Positions 56,101 through 64,000 of a DNA stretch of 64,000 nucleotides are shown piece by piece (within the stretch, counting starts at the first letter, position 1; each line of letters starts with the position of its first letter). Source of the DNA: an uncultured virus (IMG/VR IMGVR_UViG_3300037047_000119) (lineage: Duplodnaviria; Heunggongvirae; Uroviricota; Caudoviricetes); IMG/VR virus record IMGVR_UViG_3300037047_000119, one strand, 5' to 3'. Made by a program: the position numbers and the translations under genes. Below the pieces are notes generated by a model, which did not search any database, had not been told where the DNA came from, and saw only the letters and a program-made list of their open reading frames with translations.

Positions 56101-58438
56101 CCTCATCCGAAGCGAGTGTGGAGTCCATAACGAGTGTCGTGTTTGCTGATCCCGCCTGAGCCTGCCCAACGTGACCGCTTGCACACTCGTTGATGTATTT
56201 CGTGATGTAGGTGATGTCGAAGTCCGCAGCCGGAGGTACCCGCACAGGGACGTCAACCCCGTCGACCTGGAGTGTAAACTCTTCAGCGACCGTGGTTGTA
56301 AACGACCGGCCCATCGTAGCACCGGCGCCGCCCGTGTAGTTGATCTCCGCACCCGCGAGATGTGCGAAAAATCCTCCCCTATGCGTCGAAACCGCCGAGG
56401 GTGAAGCCAGATTCAGTCCTGCGGCGTTGAATACCTCGAAACCGTGTACAAGAAGCCGCAACCTGCTGGACTGACCAGGAATGAAGGTGTACGGACCCGC
56501 TCCCGGAAGGGTGTACCTTGCAGGGGATGCCGGACGGCTGGCGAACGTGACGGTGGCAAGTTCCTCCACCGGACCTACAAAGGTATCGCTCTCCACGGCC
56601 TCATAGCGAAGATCCGGGGTGAGTTCCGATCCGCTGGGGAACTCAATGGTGATGCCCGTCAGTCCGGCACCCTTGCTGCCGGATACCAGGAACGGTGCGA
56701 AAACGGCATCCTCACCGGAGTCCTGAATCCGATACTGTCCGACGCCTGAAACTCCAGGGGTGACACAGGAGACCGTGTAGGTCTCATCCGTCAGTTGGTT
56801 GTAGTAGAAGGTTGCATACACGTTTGCACCCACCGGAATAGCATCCCGTAGGGTGATCGTAGTGCCTTCTACCTGGAGCACATCGACCCGACCCCGATTT
56901 AGAGCGTCCTGAACGTCATAGCCCCAGTAAGCCCAAATCACGTCGGGCCGATTGACCGGCAAGTCAATCCTGTTGTTCGAGATCGTCTGGAACAGGCTCT
57001 GCCCCAGCGGTGTATCTCGTCCGTTGCCCAGAGTCGGGTCGAAGGGCAACTGGAACCGCGTCCGGGAATCCGTTGCAATCCCCCCGCTAGACTGAACCAC
57101 CGGGGCGCAGGTCGCCAGGAACGTGCGGTCGTCGATCAGGGTCCGGGTGATCTGGGACTCATTGAATGCGTCGAAGCCCTGGGTATTGACCCCCGCTGTG
57201 ACGCTGCTCGCCGTGCCCCACATGACCTTCTGAGAATCCTGTAGGACGAAGTCGGCACCCTGGATGTAGTCCGAAGATCCCGGGACGGTTCCGCACTGCG
57301 TGATCTGAGTAACCCCGACCTCCTGAAGGTAGTCGAAAGTATCCTGCCACGTATTCCAGTAGTACTGGATGGAAACCGTAGCTCCGGCAATCGGAGCCTG
57401 GGGGAGCGTCACAGCGCCGCTCGATCCGTCGACTGCAGTCGGAATCACCTGACGGCCGTTGACACGCACGACCACATGAGAGGGGTCGGTCGTGATAACG
57501 CCTCCGCCGGTTCCGTCTACGATGGGCCGGTTGAACACGTAAAACGTGCTTACACGGTTATCCACCTGACCGGACAACAGACCCAGCAAACCGTTTGCAC
57601 TGCCGTCCCGTACGGACAGGCTGTGATCGGAGATCAGAAGAAGTGCCGACTGTCCGTAGTTGTTTACGAAGGTGGACGCCGTCAGCGTTCCGGCACGTGC
57701 TGCGACGATGGCCGAGGCCACCTGCGCCATCGTGTAGTCGCTGCGTGCAGGGAGCGTAATGGTACGCAGCGTACCGTCCACGAGCAGGTTCAGGACGTTG
57801 TTTGCGGGAACGATCACCGTCCCGTCGGGGGCGAGAATGTCTCCGTGCAGGTACAGGGTCGCGGCTGGAACCGACGGGTCCGGAGCGTTGACGTCTCTGA
57901 TCCCGGAGGCTGCACGAAGCGTAGCTGCCCTGTTCGGCACCTGAGCCGAAACGTTATCCATCACCTGGGTGTCGGAACGGTCGAAGTAGTAGGTGCAGCG
58001 AACGACATCCCCAGGAACAGGGATGGTTGCCAACTGCACTACACCCGTCGTCCCACTGACAGACCGGACAACGACGGGCTCCCCGTTGATGGTGACAACC
58101 ACAAGGGTGCGATCGGTCGTTGCGGTGCCCGTACCGTCACCAGTGACGATGGGACTGTTGACAACCTGGAACTTGTCGACGGTCCCGTCGAAGTCTCCAA
58201 GCGTGACCGACCCATCCGCGGCGGTAGCAAGCACTGCACGGCTGGACTCGATCTCCCCCACCACGTACTGGTCGATACTGGCGGAAGACCCGCGAACCAA
58301 TTCCAAATCCTGCCGGAACAGGTTCTCGCTTCCCTCTCCGATGATCACCGGGATCTTGATGGAGGCAAGCGTTGAAGCCAAAGGATTCTCGAATGTCGTC
58401 TTGGTGTAGACATTCGGAGGAAGATACGTGTCTGCCAT
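53102..58438 (-). CDS. Contractile tail sheath protein, 1778 aa, with many inserted domains
   Basis: N-terminal YLPPNVYT...IIGEG; C-terminal NGVTVFE....IRVRHGLTT...IADEV......FIG.K...DPT...V...YSPVFPL.Y....F.L. Confidence 0.9.
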   Translation of the reverse strand: MADTYLPPNVYTKTTFENPLASTLASIKIPVIIGEGSENLFRQDLELVRGSSASIDQYVVGEIESSRAVLATAADGSVTLGDFDGTVDKFQVVNSPIVTGDGTGTATTDRTLVVVTINGEPVVVRSVSGTTGVVQLATIPVPGDVVRCTYYFDRSDTQVMDNVSAQVPNRAATLRAASGIRDVNAPDPSVPAATLYLHGDILAPDGTVIVPANNVLNLLVDGTLRTITLPARSDYTMAQVASAIVAARAGTLTASTFVNNYGQSALLLISDHSLSVRDGSANGLLGLLSGQVDNRVSTFYVFNRPIVDGTGGGVITTDPSHVVVRVNGRQVIPTAVDGSSGAVTLPQAPIAGATVSIQYYWNTWQDTFDYLQEVGVTQITQCGTVPGSSDYIQGADFVLQDSQKVMWGTASSVTAGVNTQGFDAFNESQITRTLIDDRTFLATCAPVVQSSGGIATDSRTRFQLPFDPTLGNGRDTPLGQSLFQTISNNRIDLPVNRPDVIWAYWGYDVQDALNRGRVDVLQVEGTTITLRDAIPVGANVYATFYYNQLTDETYTVSCVTPGVSGVGQYRIQDSGEDAVFAPFLVSGSKGAGLTGITIEFPSGSELTPDLRYEAVESDTFVGPVEELATVTFASRPASPARYTLPGAGPYTFIPGQSSRLRLLVHGFEVFNAAGLNLASPSAVSTHRGGFFAHLAGAEINYTGGAGATMGRSFTTTVAEEFTLQVDGVDVPVRVPPAADFDITYITKYINECASGHVGQAQAGSANTTLVMDSTLASDEDDFYNGWVIVIGNGGAAAAGTARTVVDYDGATQTATVAPWPGGPTPPVVTDPYYIYNPETVGVLTGATRFNGPISLDTDKHDKLRLIYTGNVSGALSLTGAGTTEINLGNGPFASAAALATEVTTQIATSITTAASAAHAGLIITCEANAEGQLQFSMQLPGVDGAGVLQFINAGTTAADFAILAGLDTAAAAAGGQAALVQGPIARAYECPSSGATKLYDRILLRNRLLPGGGGSQAADFTVSKCGLVVKVGNEKAGLATGDSGNAGSAAVVHPATMSGEVGFLGGQNGTSFQPSITFYDGTGTTPANNVFEFELDGVAVTVTFTASAGGTATALGPASGASNGSVLDQIIDAMAAVPGAPFGNASAIFNAKYVRQEGAGWRMTSARYNEQSRIEIGSGSANGLLGFGTDAVSLRTLVEARTLASALTAHQHATFNNWVFSPENFPTDPTRTFAKYGIAWVEADATGAEFLYLQDAPTLAAGLGTASSVTVRDPSPNVASALFYGTGLTAEDTDGAVGDPALNGFFVVSSNPAGSGSVNTSILNNGVGQDGIIGQTYRDEVTGLTFTILPRGWSTDQVGPWIAYPTGATASFRVKGTRTFTCDANIPHHAIPGLELRVSNTSNVAVDDTALVQTFERSGNEPAIGDLYYVSYVYTKQDFTTQFYTKVSSIESAYGAPVPDNPVSLASYLAMMNGAVLVGVKQVPKETGSSQASLTTYRAAIEELEGVLPGFVNPDILVPMRGDSTDLFLVIRRSCDKMSSMRYRSERTAILGLALGKRPQDAISTAKALSNTRMRLVYPDSAVVTIQDNEGNVKEFLVDGTFVAAALTGSVVSPNYDVATPWTGRRLTGFTRLGRRLDPVEMNLVSQNGVTVFEDKPPFIRVRHGLTTDMLGASTQGNKRLSQLPTIILIADEVQRQARNVLEGFIGSKYLPGILSQVEGRLAMMFKKLVAANIVSGYTGIKATPDPEDPTTANVIAYYSPVFPLLYLKLTFNLRSQV

Positions 58439-58541
58439 TACTCACCTCACCACGAGTGGGGTTCAGCCCAAAAAGGTCGATACATCAACCACAACCAAAA
58501 AGTCGGGCACCCAAACGGGTCTGTCCTCTGATGAGGCGACG

Positions 58542-58558
58542 TTATCGAAACACTAACG
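58542..58558 (-). promoter_or_regulatory. Putative phage late promoter (CGTT-N7-CGATAA) for the sheath gene
   Basis: Repeated motif. Confidence 0.55.
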
Positions 58559-58999
58559 GGGAGATTCGGAAGGAGTTTGCGGGGCCTGTTTCAAAGCTTC
58601 GCGGTGGAGGGCGTTTGCCCTATCATGAATGCGGCGTTCTTCTGGTTTGAGCACCCGGTAAGACCCGTCGACATTCCGCGACAAATCGTACCCCGTAGCC
58701 TCCGGGTGGTGTGCCAGCACCTCTTTTTTGTCCCGCACACGCTTGTCGATCATCGACCACCCCTGGTTGGCTGACTGACCGATCACCCGATCTATGTGGG
58801 CATCTAGTTGAGCCACCCCCGTATTCTGAGGGCCAGGGCCGTCCACTTGCAGGTTGAAAGTCCCGTTCAGATCCGTAGGCATCATCCTGGGAGCCTGCGC
58901 CTTGCAAGAAGGACAGGGCTTGGGCTTCTGGTTGTCCTTCATGGGAGCGGATGCCTCGAACTGAAGGCCGCACTCACACTGGAAAGAATACAGAGGCAT
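58553..58999 (-). CDS. FmdB-family zinc-ribbon protein
   Basis: MPLYSFQCECG..FE...........CPSC. Confidence 0.8.
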   Translation of the reverse strand: MPLYSFQCECGLQFEASAPMKDNQKPKPCPSCKAQAPRMMPTDLNGTFNLQVDGPGPQNTGVAQLDAHIDRVIGQSANQGWSMIDKRVRDKKEVLAHHPEATGYDLSRNVDGSYRVLKPEERRIHDRANALHREALKQAPQTPSESPR

Positions 59000-59011
59000 G
59001 TCCGTCTCCTT

Positions 59012-59362
59012 TCATGCCAGCGGGACTTCCGAGATTAACAACCGACGAGTCTCAGCACTCCCGAGCATCCGGGAAGCTTCCTCCGCCGTCATCCCGAACA
59101 ACCCCGCGGCCTCCTCATCCTCTGGGGTATACCAGAGGTTTGGACACCAGTGTCCCACAATTGAGTTCTTGTGGTACCAACAAAGTCCCTCGGAAGTCAT
59201 GAACCCCCAGTTGCCGGTGGCCACATCCTCCAGGTAACTGACCACCACGCCACTTCTCAGATCCTTTGCCAGCAAATGCAGGAGTCCAGCAAACAGCGGG
59301 GACTTGTAGATCCGCTCTTTCAGAGGATCTACAATCCTGGTCTTGGAGCTAAGAGCCATCAT
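59012..59362 (-). CDS. Hypothetical protein
   Basis: 116 aa, ATGA overlap with the upstream gene. Confidence 0.6.
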   Translation of the reverse strand: MMALSSKTRIVDPLKERIYKSPLFAGLLHLLAKDLRSGVVVSYLEDVATGNWGFMTSEGLCWYHKNSIVGHWCPNLWYTPEDEEAAGLFGMTAEEASRMLGSAETRRLLISEVPLA

Positions 59363-60561
59363 CTGATCACCTCAAAGGTGCTAATCCGACCTGAGAAGAA
59401 CGGGTCGGAGATGCTCTCGAGATTCAGACTTTCCAGCATCTGGATGTTGTTCTGGAAAGACGAAATCTCGTCATCCGAGAGTTGTGCAAAAGCACGCGCC
59501 TGAGCCGTAGTCATCGGAGATGCTTGGCGGAGGAACAGACTCAGGGGAACATGGATCGACCAGTCCGTCTGCACCGTCAGGGATAGGGAGGACGTAAAAT
59601 AGTAGTCATCCCCGTTCTCGTCGTAAGGTTCTTCGGACTCACCCCCCAACGAGAGGTCACTCATCTCCACGCCCTCAGATGAGAGGTACGGGCGTAACAC
59701 CCCCCAAAGGTACACGGCGGTGTTGTCCGCGATCTCCTGTTGGGATTCGTTGTCCCGAGATCCGATGTCGATGTCTACGGACAACTCCCATTTTCCACCG
59801 TACTCCAGGGCAGCCGGACGCCGAATGGAGTCAATGACTACCGCCAGTCGATCCCCTTTCTCATTCCTCCGGCCGAAAGCCAAAACCACCCCAGGGATCG
59901 CCCGATGGTTTGCTTCCGCGGGGGTCAATCGGAAAGGTCCCGTGGTTCCGCCGTACACTCGGTAGTCAGCCACCAACGACCGGCCCCCTGACACCGGGCG
60001 AGACAACTGAATCACCCCCGTAGGATTGCCCTCTGGATCCACGTCCAAGGAGTAGTCGATTCCCTCGACCATCTTGTACGCGGCGGGCATCTCATAGAGG
60101 TGCAATGTTCCCGGCCAGGGCGGATTCTGCAACAGAGCCGAGGTGGGATCCGTTTGCATCACCTGTTCACGTTTGACATCCAGCAACTGGTCAACCATGA
60201 ACTGATCGTCTTGGGTCAACTCGATGTAGTAAATCCCAGGGGGAGAAGGGAACACACCACCATTCCTCTGAATAGCAACAGCGTCCTCCCGTACCCACTC
60301 AATAGCCACCCCCGGGAAATCCTTGACCCGGGACAAATAGACATAACTCTGCACGATGCCTACGTAGTTGTCGGCTGCCAAATCCAGTCGGTTTCCACCA
60401 CCGTTCTTGATGATGATGTAGTGCTGGGGACGCTCTTTGAGGCTGTATTTCCCCTGAATGTTCTCGACTAGGTCATCCCGATAACGCGGATGACTTTGCC
60501 AGAACCGGCGCAACTCCAAGATCAAACGTCGTTTGATGGATTCCGTTAGCTGGAAATACAT
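59359..60561 (-). CDS. Putative neck / tail terminator protein
   Basis: Upstream of the sheath gene; YGG.WELSVDIDI.SRD...Q.EIAD and an acidic C-terminal beta pattern resemble tail terminators. Confidence 0.55.
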   Translation of the reverse strand: MYFQLTESIKRRLILELRRFWQSHPRYRDDLVENIQGKYSLKERPQHYIIIKNGGGNRLDLAADNYVGIVQSYVYLSRVKDFPGVAIEWVREDAVAIQRNGGVFPSPPGIYYIELTQDDQFMVDQLLDVKREQVMQTDPTSALLQNPPWPGTLHLYEMPAAYKMVEGIDYSLDVDPEGNPTGVIQLSRPVSGGRSLVADYRVYGGTTGPFRLTPAEANHRAIPGVVLAFGRRNEKGDRLAVVIDSIRRPAALEYGGKWELSVDIDIGSRDNESQQEIADNTAVYLWGVLRPYLSSEGVEMSDLSLGGESEEPYDENGDDYYFTSSLSLTVQTDWSIHVPLSLFLRQASPMTTAQARAFAQLSDDEISSFQNNIQMLESLNLESISDPFFSGRISTFEVIR

Positions 60562-61421
60562 CAGATGGTCCTTTCGGAGGACTGTCCCATTCCCTTGTAG
60601 CGGGCAAGCACCGCTTCCGTATCCGTCGGAGGACGCTCACCGAAAACACAGGAGAGATCCGGGTCCTCGTCCCAACGTTCTTTGGCGGCATCTAGAACAC
60701 ACTGGGCCTGGAATAGAGCCATGGTGTGCTCATCCAGTTCCCGGGCAGGGACATTGGCAAAACCCACACCAACGTGGTTGGACGTACAGAGACGCGATCT
60801 CCCCTCAGGGCTTTTCAGCCAATCCTTGAGGATATCCACGTTGCCGTCCGGGATGAATCTCGCCGCCGTCTGGACACTGATCTGAGCATCTCGTAGTGAC
60901 GACAAATTCACGTGAAACAGAGTGTTGTCTTCGTTGACGACAAAACCCAACGCTCGGATTTTGGGGTCGTCACAACACCATGTCTGTTTGCCTTGATCCT
61001 TGGCATCTGCCAGAATCTCTAGCCATCGATCCGTTGTGGAAACGAACACCGTTTGAACAGGAGCTTCCTGCGGGAGTTCTTTCAGGGGGGTCGCGATCTC
61101 CGCTACCCACTCCTGAAAAACGCTCGGCGGTTCCGGCTTGGTAAACTCCTCCGACGCGGGGGTAGTATCATCCCGTTTGATGACGATCTCTTCCTGAAGG
61201 AGAGGGGGCCTGGAGCTCAAAACTCTGCCCGAGATGGAGATCTGGTGCAGATGCTCCAAGGGCTCAAAACTGAGCCCCCCCATAAGATTACGCTGGGTCG
61301 CTACGGGCCGATCCTCAATGAGATGAAGAGTGTCTGGATCCAAATCGAAGGTCGACTCAATGGTCTGACCGCTCAACATCTCCTGCCGTAGAATCAACTG
61401 CACCGAACGAAGCGCCTTCAT
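60561..61421 (-). CDS. Hypothetical protein
   Basis: Start reassigned to ATG 61421 (AAGGAGG SD). Confidence 0.65.
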   Translation of the reverse strand: MKALRSVQLILRQEMLSGQTIESTFDLDPDTLHLIEDRPVATQRNLMGGLSFEPLEHLHQISISGRVLSSRPPLLQEEIVIKRDDTTPASEEFTKPEPPSVFQEWVAEIATPLKELPQEAPVQTVFVSTTDRWLEILADAKDQGKQTWCCDDPKIRALGFVVNEDNTLFHVNLSSLRDAQISVQTAARFIPDGNVDILKDWLKSPEGRSRLCTSNHVGVGFANVPARELDEHTMALFQAQCVLDAAKERWDEDPDLSCVFGERPPTDTEAVLARYKGMGQSSERTI

Positions 61422-61803
61422 GCGACCTCCTTGCGGCCCCCTTTTTTCGTCGTTTCTTGTCTGTGGGGGTGGCATCTTCCTCGATCTCCACCATACCCGG
61501 AATGTCGGGCGAGTACTCATCCGTGTACTCAACCTCTGGGGTAGGGAGGGGACGGGGAACGGGACGCCTCAATCCCAGCAGTCGGAACGGACGCTTGTTT
61601 GTCTCTTTGGCCGGACGCTGTTGCTGGCACACGGTGCGGTAGGACAAACGCACCGCTCCCATCTGAATGGCGTAGGTCAAATCACGGGAGCGAGCCACGG
61701 TCGATTCCGGCAGCCGTGCTTGTTGGTCCTTCTCTAGCACCAGCCCGATGTCCGGGATGTGTACCGACCGACAAAGACACAGAATGATTGCTTCTTTCAT
61801 CAC
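61357..61803 (-). CDS. Hypothetical protein
   Basis: 148 aa, coupled to the upstream stop; charged, disordered C-terminus. Confidence 0.6.
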   Translation of the reverse strand: MMKEAIILCLCRSVHIPDIGLVLEKDQQARLPESTVARSRDLTYAIQMGAVRLSYRTVCQQQRPAKETNKRPFRLLGLRRPVPRPLPTPEVEYTDEYSPDIPGMVEIEEDATPTDKKRRKKGAARRSHEGASFGAVDSTAGDVERSDH

Positions 61804-62408
61804 TTCTCCGATAGCGCTTTCACCATCTCATCGAGGACAATCTGGGCGCAGCGTTCTTTCCATTTGCGTAATGCTGTCTCAAAAAAGGTGAACTTCGCGA
61901 TCCCCGGATGCACCCATGCCCCCCCAATGGTCAACGGAGCCATCCGAAATTCGATGTTCCCACCCGTTGTGGCAATTGGAACCATGAGTGGGAGACGTTC
62001 TTTTTGGGACAAACGACCAGTCTTTTTCATCCCACGGCGGCGTTCCGCATCCGTAAGGTCGTAGTTTCCTGGATGACGATCTTTGGCTTCCTGGGTCAAC
62101 CACAGCATCCGTCGTTCCGGAATGTTCCCTTCCGCCAACTCTGCCATCCCGTAAAAAGTGGATGTGATCTCCAGTGTGCGTTTCCCTCGGATCTTGTACC
62201 CAAACGACCTCCAGATGGGAGGACCGCCCATCGGGTCTTTCCCTGACCACCCCCGTTTGGCGAAATATTTTTTTGACTCCTCGGCCAATGTCTTGCAGAT
62301 ACAATCTCCGAGTTTGGCCAACAACTGGGGAGAGATCGGCAGTTCCGTCATCCTGGAGAGCGGACCTCCAAGAATTGCCCGAATGCGCTGGGGGGTTACA
62401 GCACTCAA
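61800..62408 (-). CDS. Putative neck / tail-completion protein (HK97 gp10-like)
   Basis: Basic protein with WVHPG....FF..A end motif; TTG start 6 nt after AGGAGG; first gene behind a late-promoter motif. Confidence 0.5.
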   Translation of the reverse strand: MSAVTPQRIRAILGGPLSRMTELPISPQLLAKLGDCICKTLAEESKKYFAKRGWSGKDPMGGPPIWRSFGYKIRGKRTLEITSTFYGMAELAEGNIPERRMLWLTQEAKDRHPGNYDLTDAERRRGMKKTGRLSQKERLPLMVPIATTGGNIEFRMAPLTIGGAWVHPGIAKFTFFETALRKWKERCAQIVLDEMVKALSEK

Positions 62409-62432
62409 AACCAACCTCCTTCTTTTGTTTGT

Positions 62433-62449
62433 CTATAGGAAAGCTACCT
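62433..62449 (-). promoter_or_regulatory. Putative phage late promoter (AGGT-N7-CTATAG)
   Basis: Repeated motif at the head of the neck operon. Confidence 0.5.
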
Positions 62450-62479
62450 GAAAGAGTAGAGCACTCTTAGGAGGATGCT

Positions 62480-62839
62480 ATGAACCCGACCGCTGGATAC
62501 TTCTACTACCGCAACCGAACTGGACTGGTTGCGGTCTCGTATGATGAGGGGGACACCCTCATCCTTCCGACGGGCAAGGTTGTTGAGTCATGGACGATGG
62601 CGGAGGGAGCTTGGGAGGAAACACCCGAGGATCTGTTCTCCGTGCTCTCGGACAAACAACGCGAGGCTCTTGAAATCCTGGTGGCTGCCCAAGACGACTC
62701 CGAGATGGGGGAGATCGTCGCGAATTACACCAAGGCACGCAAGGCCATGGCTCGTCAGCCCAATGCACCACCACGTGAGGTGGTCTATCGGAGGCTGGGA
62801 GAGGCTCACTTGGTCGTCAAGTCTGACTTTGATGACTAA
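62480..62839 (+). CDS. Hypothetical protein
   Basis: 119 aa, AGGAGG SD, isolated plus-strand gene. Confidence 0.75.
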   Translation: MNPTAGYFYYRNRTGLVAVSYDEGDTLILPTGKVVESWTMAEGAWEETPEDLFSVLSDKQREALEILVAAQDDSEMGEIVANYTKARKAMARQPNAPPREVVYRRLGEAHLVVKSDFDD

Positions 62840-62841
62840 GT

Positions 62842-62994
62842 TCACTCCGGAGGCGTGATGAAAGGATACTTTCGGGGGGCGGACTGAGGATCCTGTTTTG
62901 CCCAACGGCGCATTCTCCGATGTGCAAACAATTTCAGAAACCGACGCCCTTTAGGGGTATTCGTAAACCAGTTGGTGGTTTCGATTCGTTTCAT
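62842..62994 (-). CDS. Small basic hypothetical protein, 50 aa
   Basis: ATGA overlap with the endonuclease stop; MKRIETTNWF... Confidence 0.45.
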   Translation of the reverse strand: MKRIETTNWFTNTPKGRRFLKLFAHRRMRRWAKQDPQSAPRKYPFITPPE

Positions 62995-64000
62995 CCCGTG
63001 TTGACCTGTTGGAGTACTGTTTCCTCGGTTGCGGGATGCCAGAGTCGTAACATTTTGTGGACGGTGCCAAGCTTCTTGATGCAATCTAAAAGATGCCGTT
63101 TTGCATCCCCAGATTTGATTTCAGATTCGGAGTATCGAACCACCGAGTACCCGAGATCAAAATACCCCCGAGCGGTATCTATGTCCGCGGCCACTCTCAG
63201 ACCGGGGTCCCCAAAAATGTACCGTGGCCCGTGAAATGCCTCCCCATCGCAAAGCACGACTACCTTACGTCCATCCCCCAAAGAGATCTTGATGTCGGCC
63301 TCTCGGGGTACTAGACATCCACGCACTGGGACACTCTGCCACTTGTTGTACTCCATAGGGAGTGCAAACCCACTTTGTACCAGATCGTCACTAAACCGTC
63401 TCTCCAACTGTGAACCGTGTTTTAGCTTGCTTAGGCGAGCAGCTTTTTCCTCTGGGGAAAGAGCTGCCCACACTTCATGCGCCCGCTTGGCCATTCTGAT
63501 AGTTCTGGCTCGAATCCTCTGCCTGCTATCCGTTCGGTACTCGTCCTCTCCCAAAGCATCGACCAAAATCCCCCGGTAAACCTTGTAGGTGATTCCCAAA
63601 TCCTGCATAACGGTGGAAACTTTTCGGCCCTCTAAAAAAGCACCCAGAACTGAAAGATATAAGCTATCCCCCTTTTCCCAGTGTACGTTCCGATCGGTAA
63701 GACCATCCCACTGGGATTTGGAACCTGAGGCCATCATTTTTCGGGGGTCATCCAGGATATTTGGATGCCATGCCTCATATTTTCTTTTGCTCATAGTCTG
63801 TCGAAAATCTTCGCACCTTGGACACCGCTTACTGTCTTTGAGATCAATATCCGTGATCTCCCAAAGACTCCCGCATTTACGACATCTCAGTGTAGCACGA
63901 TAGGAGTCCTTCCATTCCTGCCATCGAGACTTTAGTTCTGCATGATCGGGATCGTTATGAAAACGAAAATGCTGGCTCAACGCCACGTAATTCCGAACCA
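62991..64000 (-). CDS. Zinc-finger/ribbon protein with Vsr/DUF559-like endonuclease; probably starts beyond the right edge
   Basis: CxxC pairs; S.LE..F...L, EADI......VV.CDGEAFHG...D......GYSVVRYSE.EI; frame is open to the window edge. Confidence 0.75.
   Translation of the reverse strand, partial: VRNYVALSQHFRFHNDPDHAELKSRWQEWKDSYRATLRCRKCGSLWEITDIDLKDSKRCPRCEDFRQTMSKRKYEAWHPNILDDPRKMMASGSKSQWDGLTDRNVHWEKGDSLYLSVLGAFLEGRKVSTVMQDLGITYKVYRGILVDALGEDEYRTDSRQRIRARTIRMAKRAHEVWAALSPEEKAARLSKLKHGSQLERRFSDDLVQSGFALPMEYNKWQSVPVRGCLVPREADIKISLGDGRKVVVLCDGEAFHGPRYIFGDPGLRVAADIDTARGYFDLGYSVVRYSESEIKSGDAKRHLLDCIKKLGTVHKMLRLWHPATEETVLQQVNTG

Noticed and set aside
3507..58438. Bacterial contractile injection system (eCIS, T6SS or tailocin)
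   Set aside because: thyX, homing endonucleases, neck genes, phage-type promoters and oversized components fit a large phage better, although no capsid gene is in the window.
1..64000. CRISPR arrays, tRNAs, DGR or retron elements, inteins, IS elements
   Set aside because: No spaced direct repeats, cloverleafs, reverse transcriptase, intein or transposase motifs were seen by eye; small elements could have been missed.

Overview
This window is part of a large (jumbo-type) myovirus genome read in the standard genetic code. Most of it is a minus-strand contractile-tail morphogenesis region. In transcription order it encodes a neck/tail-completion protein, a tail terminator-like protein, an FmdB-type Zn-ribbon protein, a 1778-aa tail sheath, the tail tube, two chaperone-like genes, the tape measure, two tube-fold baseplate paralogs, a hub with a degenerate GH73-like insert, the central spike, a 3778-aa giant structural protein, and gp25-, gpJ- and gpI-like wedge proteins. 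The last of these runs off the left edge and is absent from the ORF track. Sheath and tube are separated by a ~12-kb accessory island (41.2-53.1 kb). It carries a T5orf172-MerR/VIT-vWA operon, two candidate structured ncRNAs that each end in a strong terminator, two small lipoproteins, a metallophosphoesterase, a GIY-YIG endonuclease overlapping thyX, a ParB/DGQHR-like protein and a Zn-finger PD-(D/E)xK endonuclease. Two regulatory patterns are visible in the raw sequence: a repeated putative late-promoter motif (CGTT-N7-CTATA) and, at most promoters, an anti-Shine-Dalgarno arm able to occlude the downstream RBS. All product calls are from motif recognition and gene order by eye; no searches or folding programs were run. 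The host cannot be determined.
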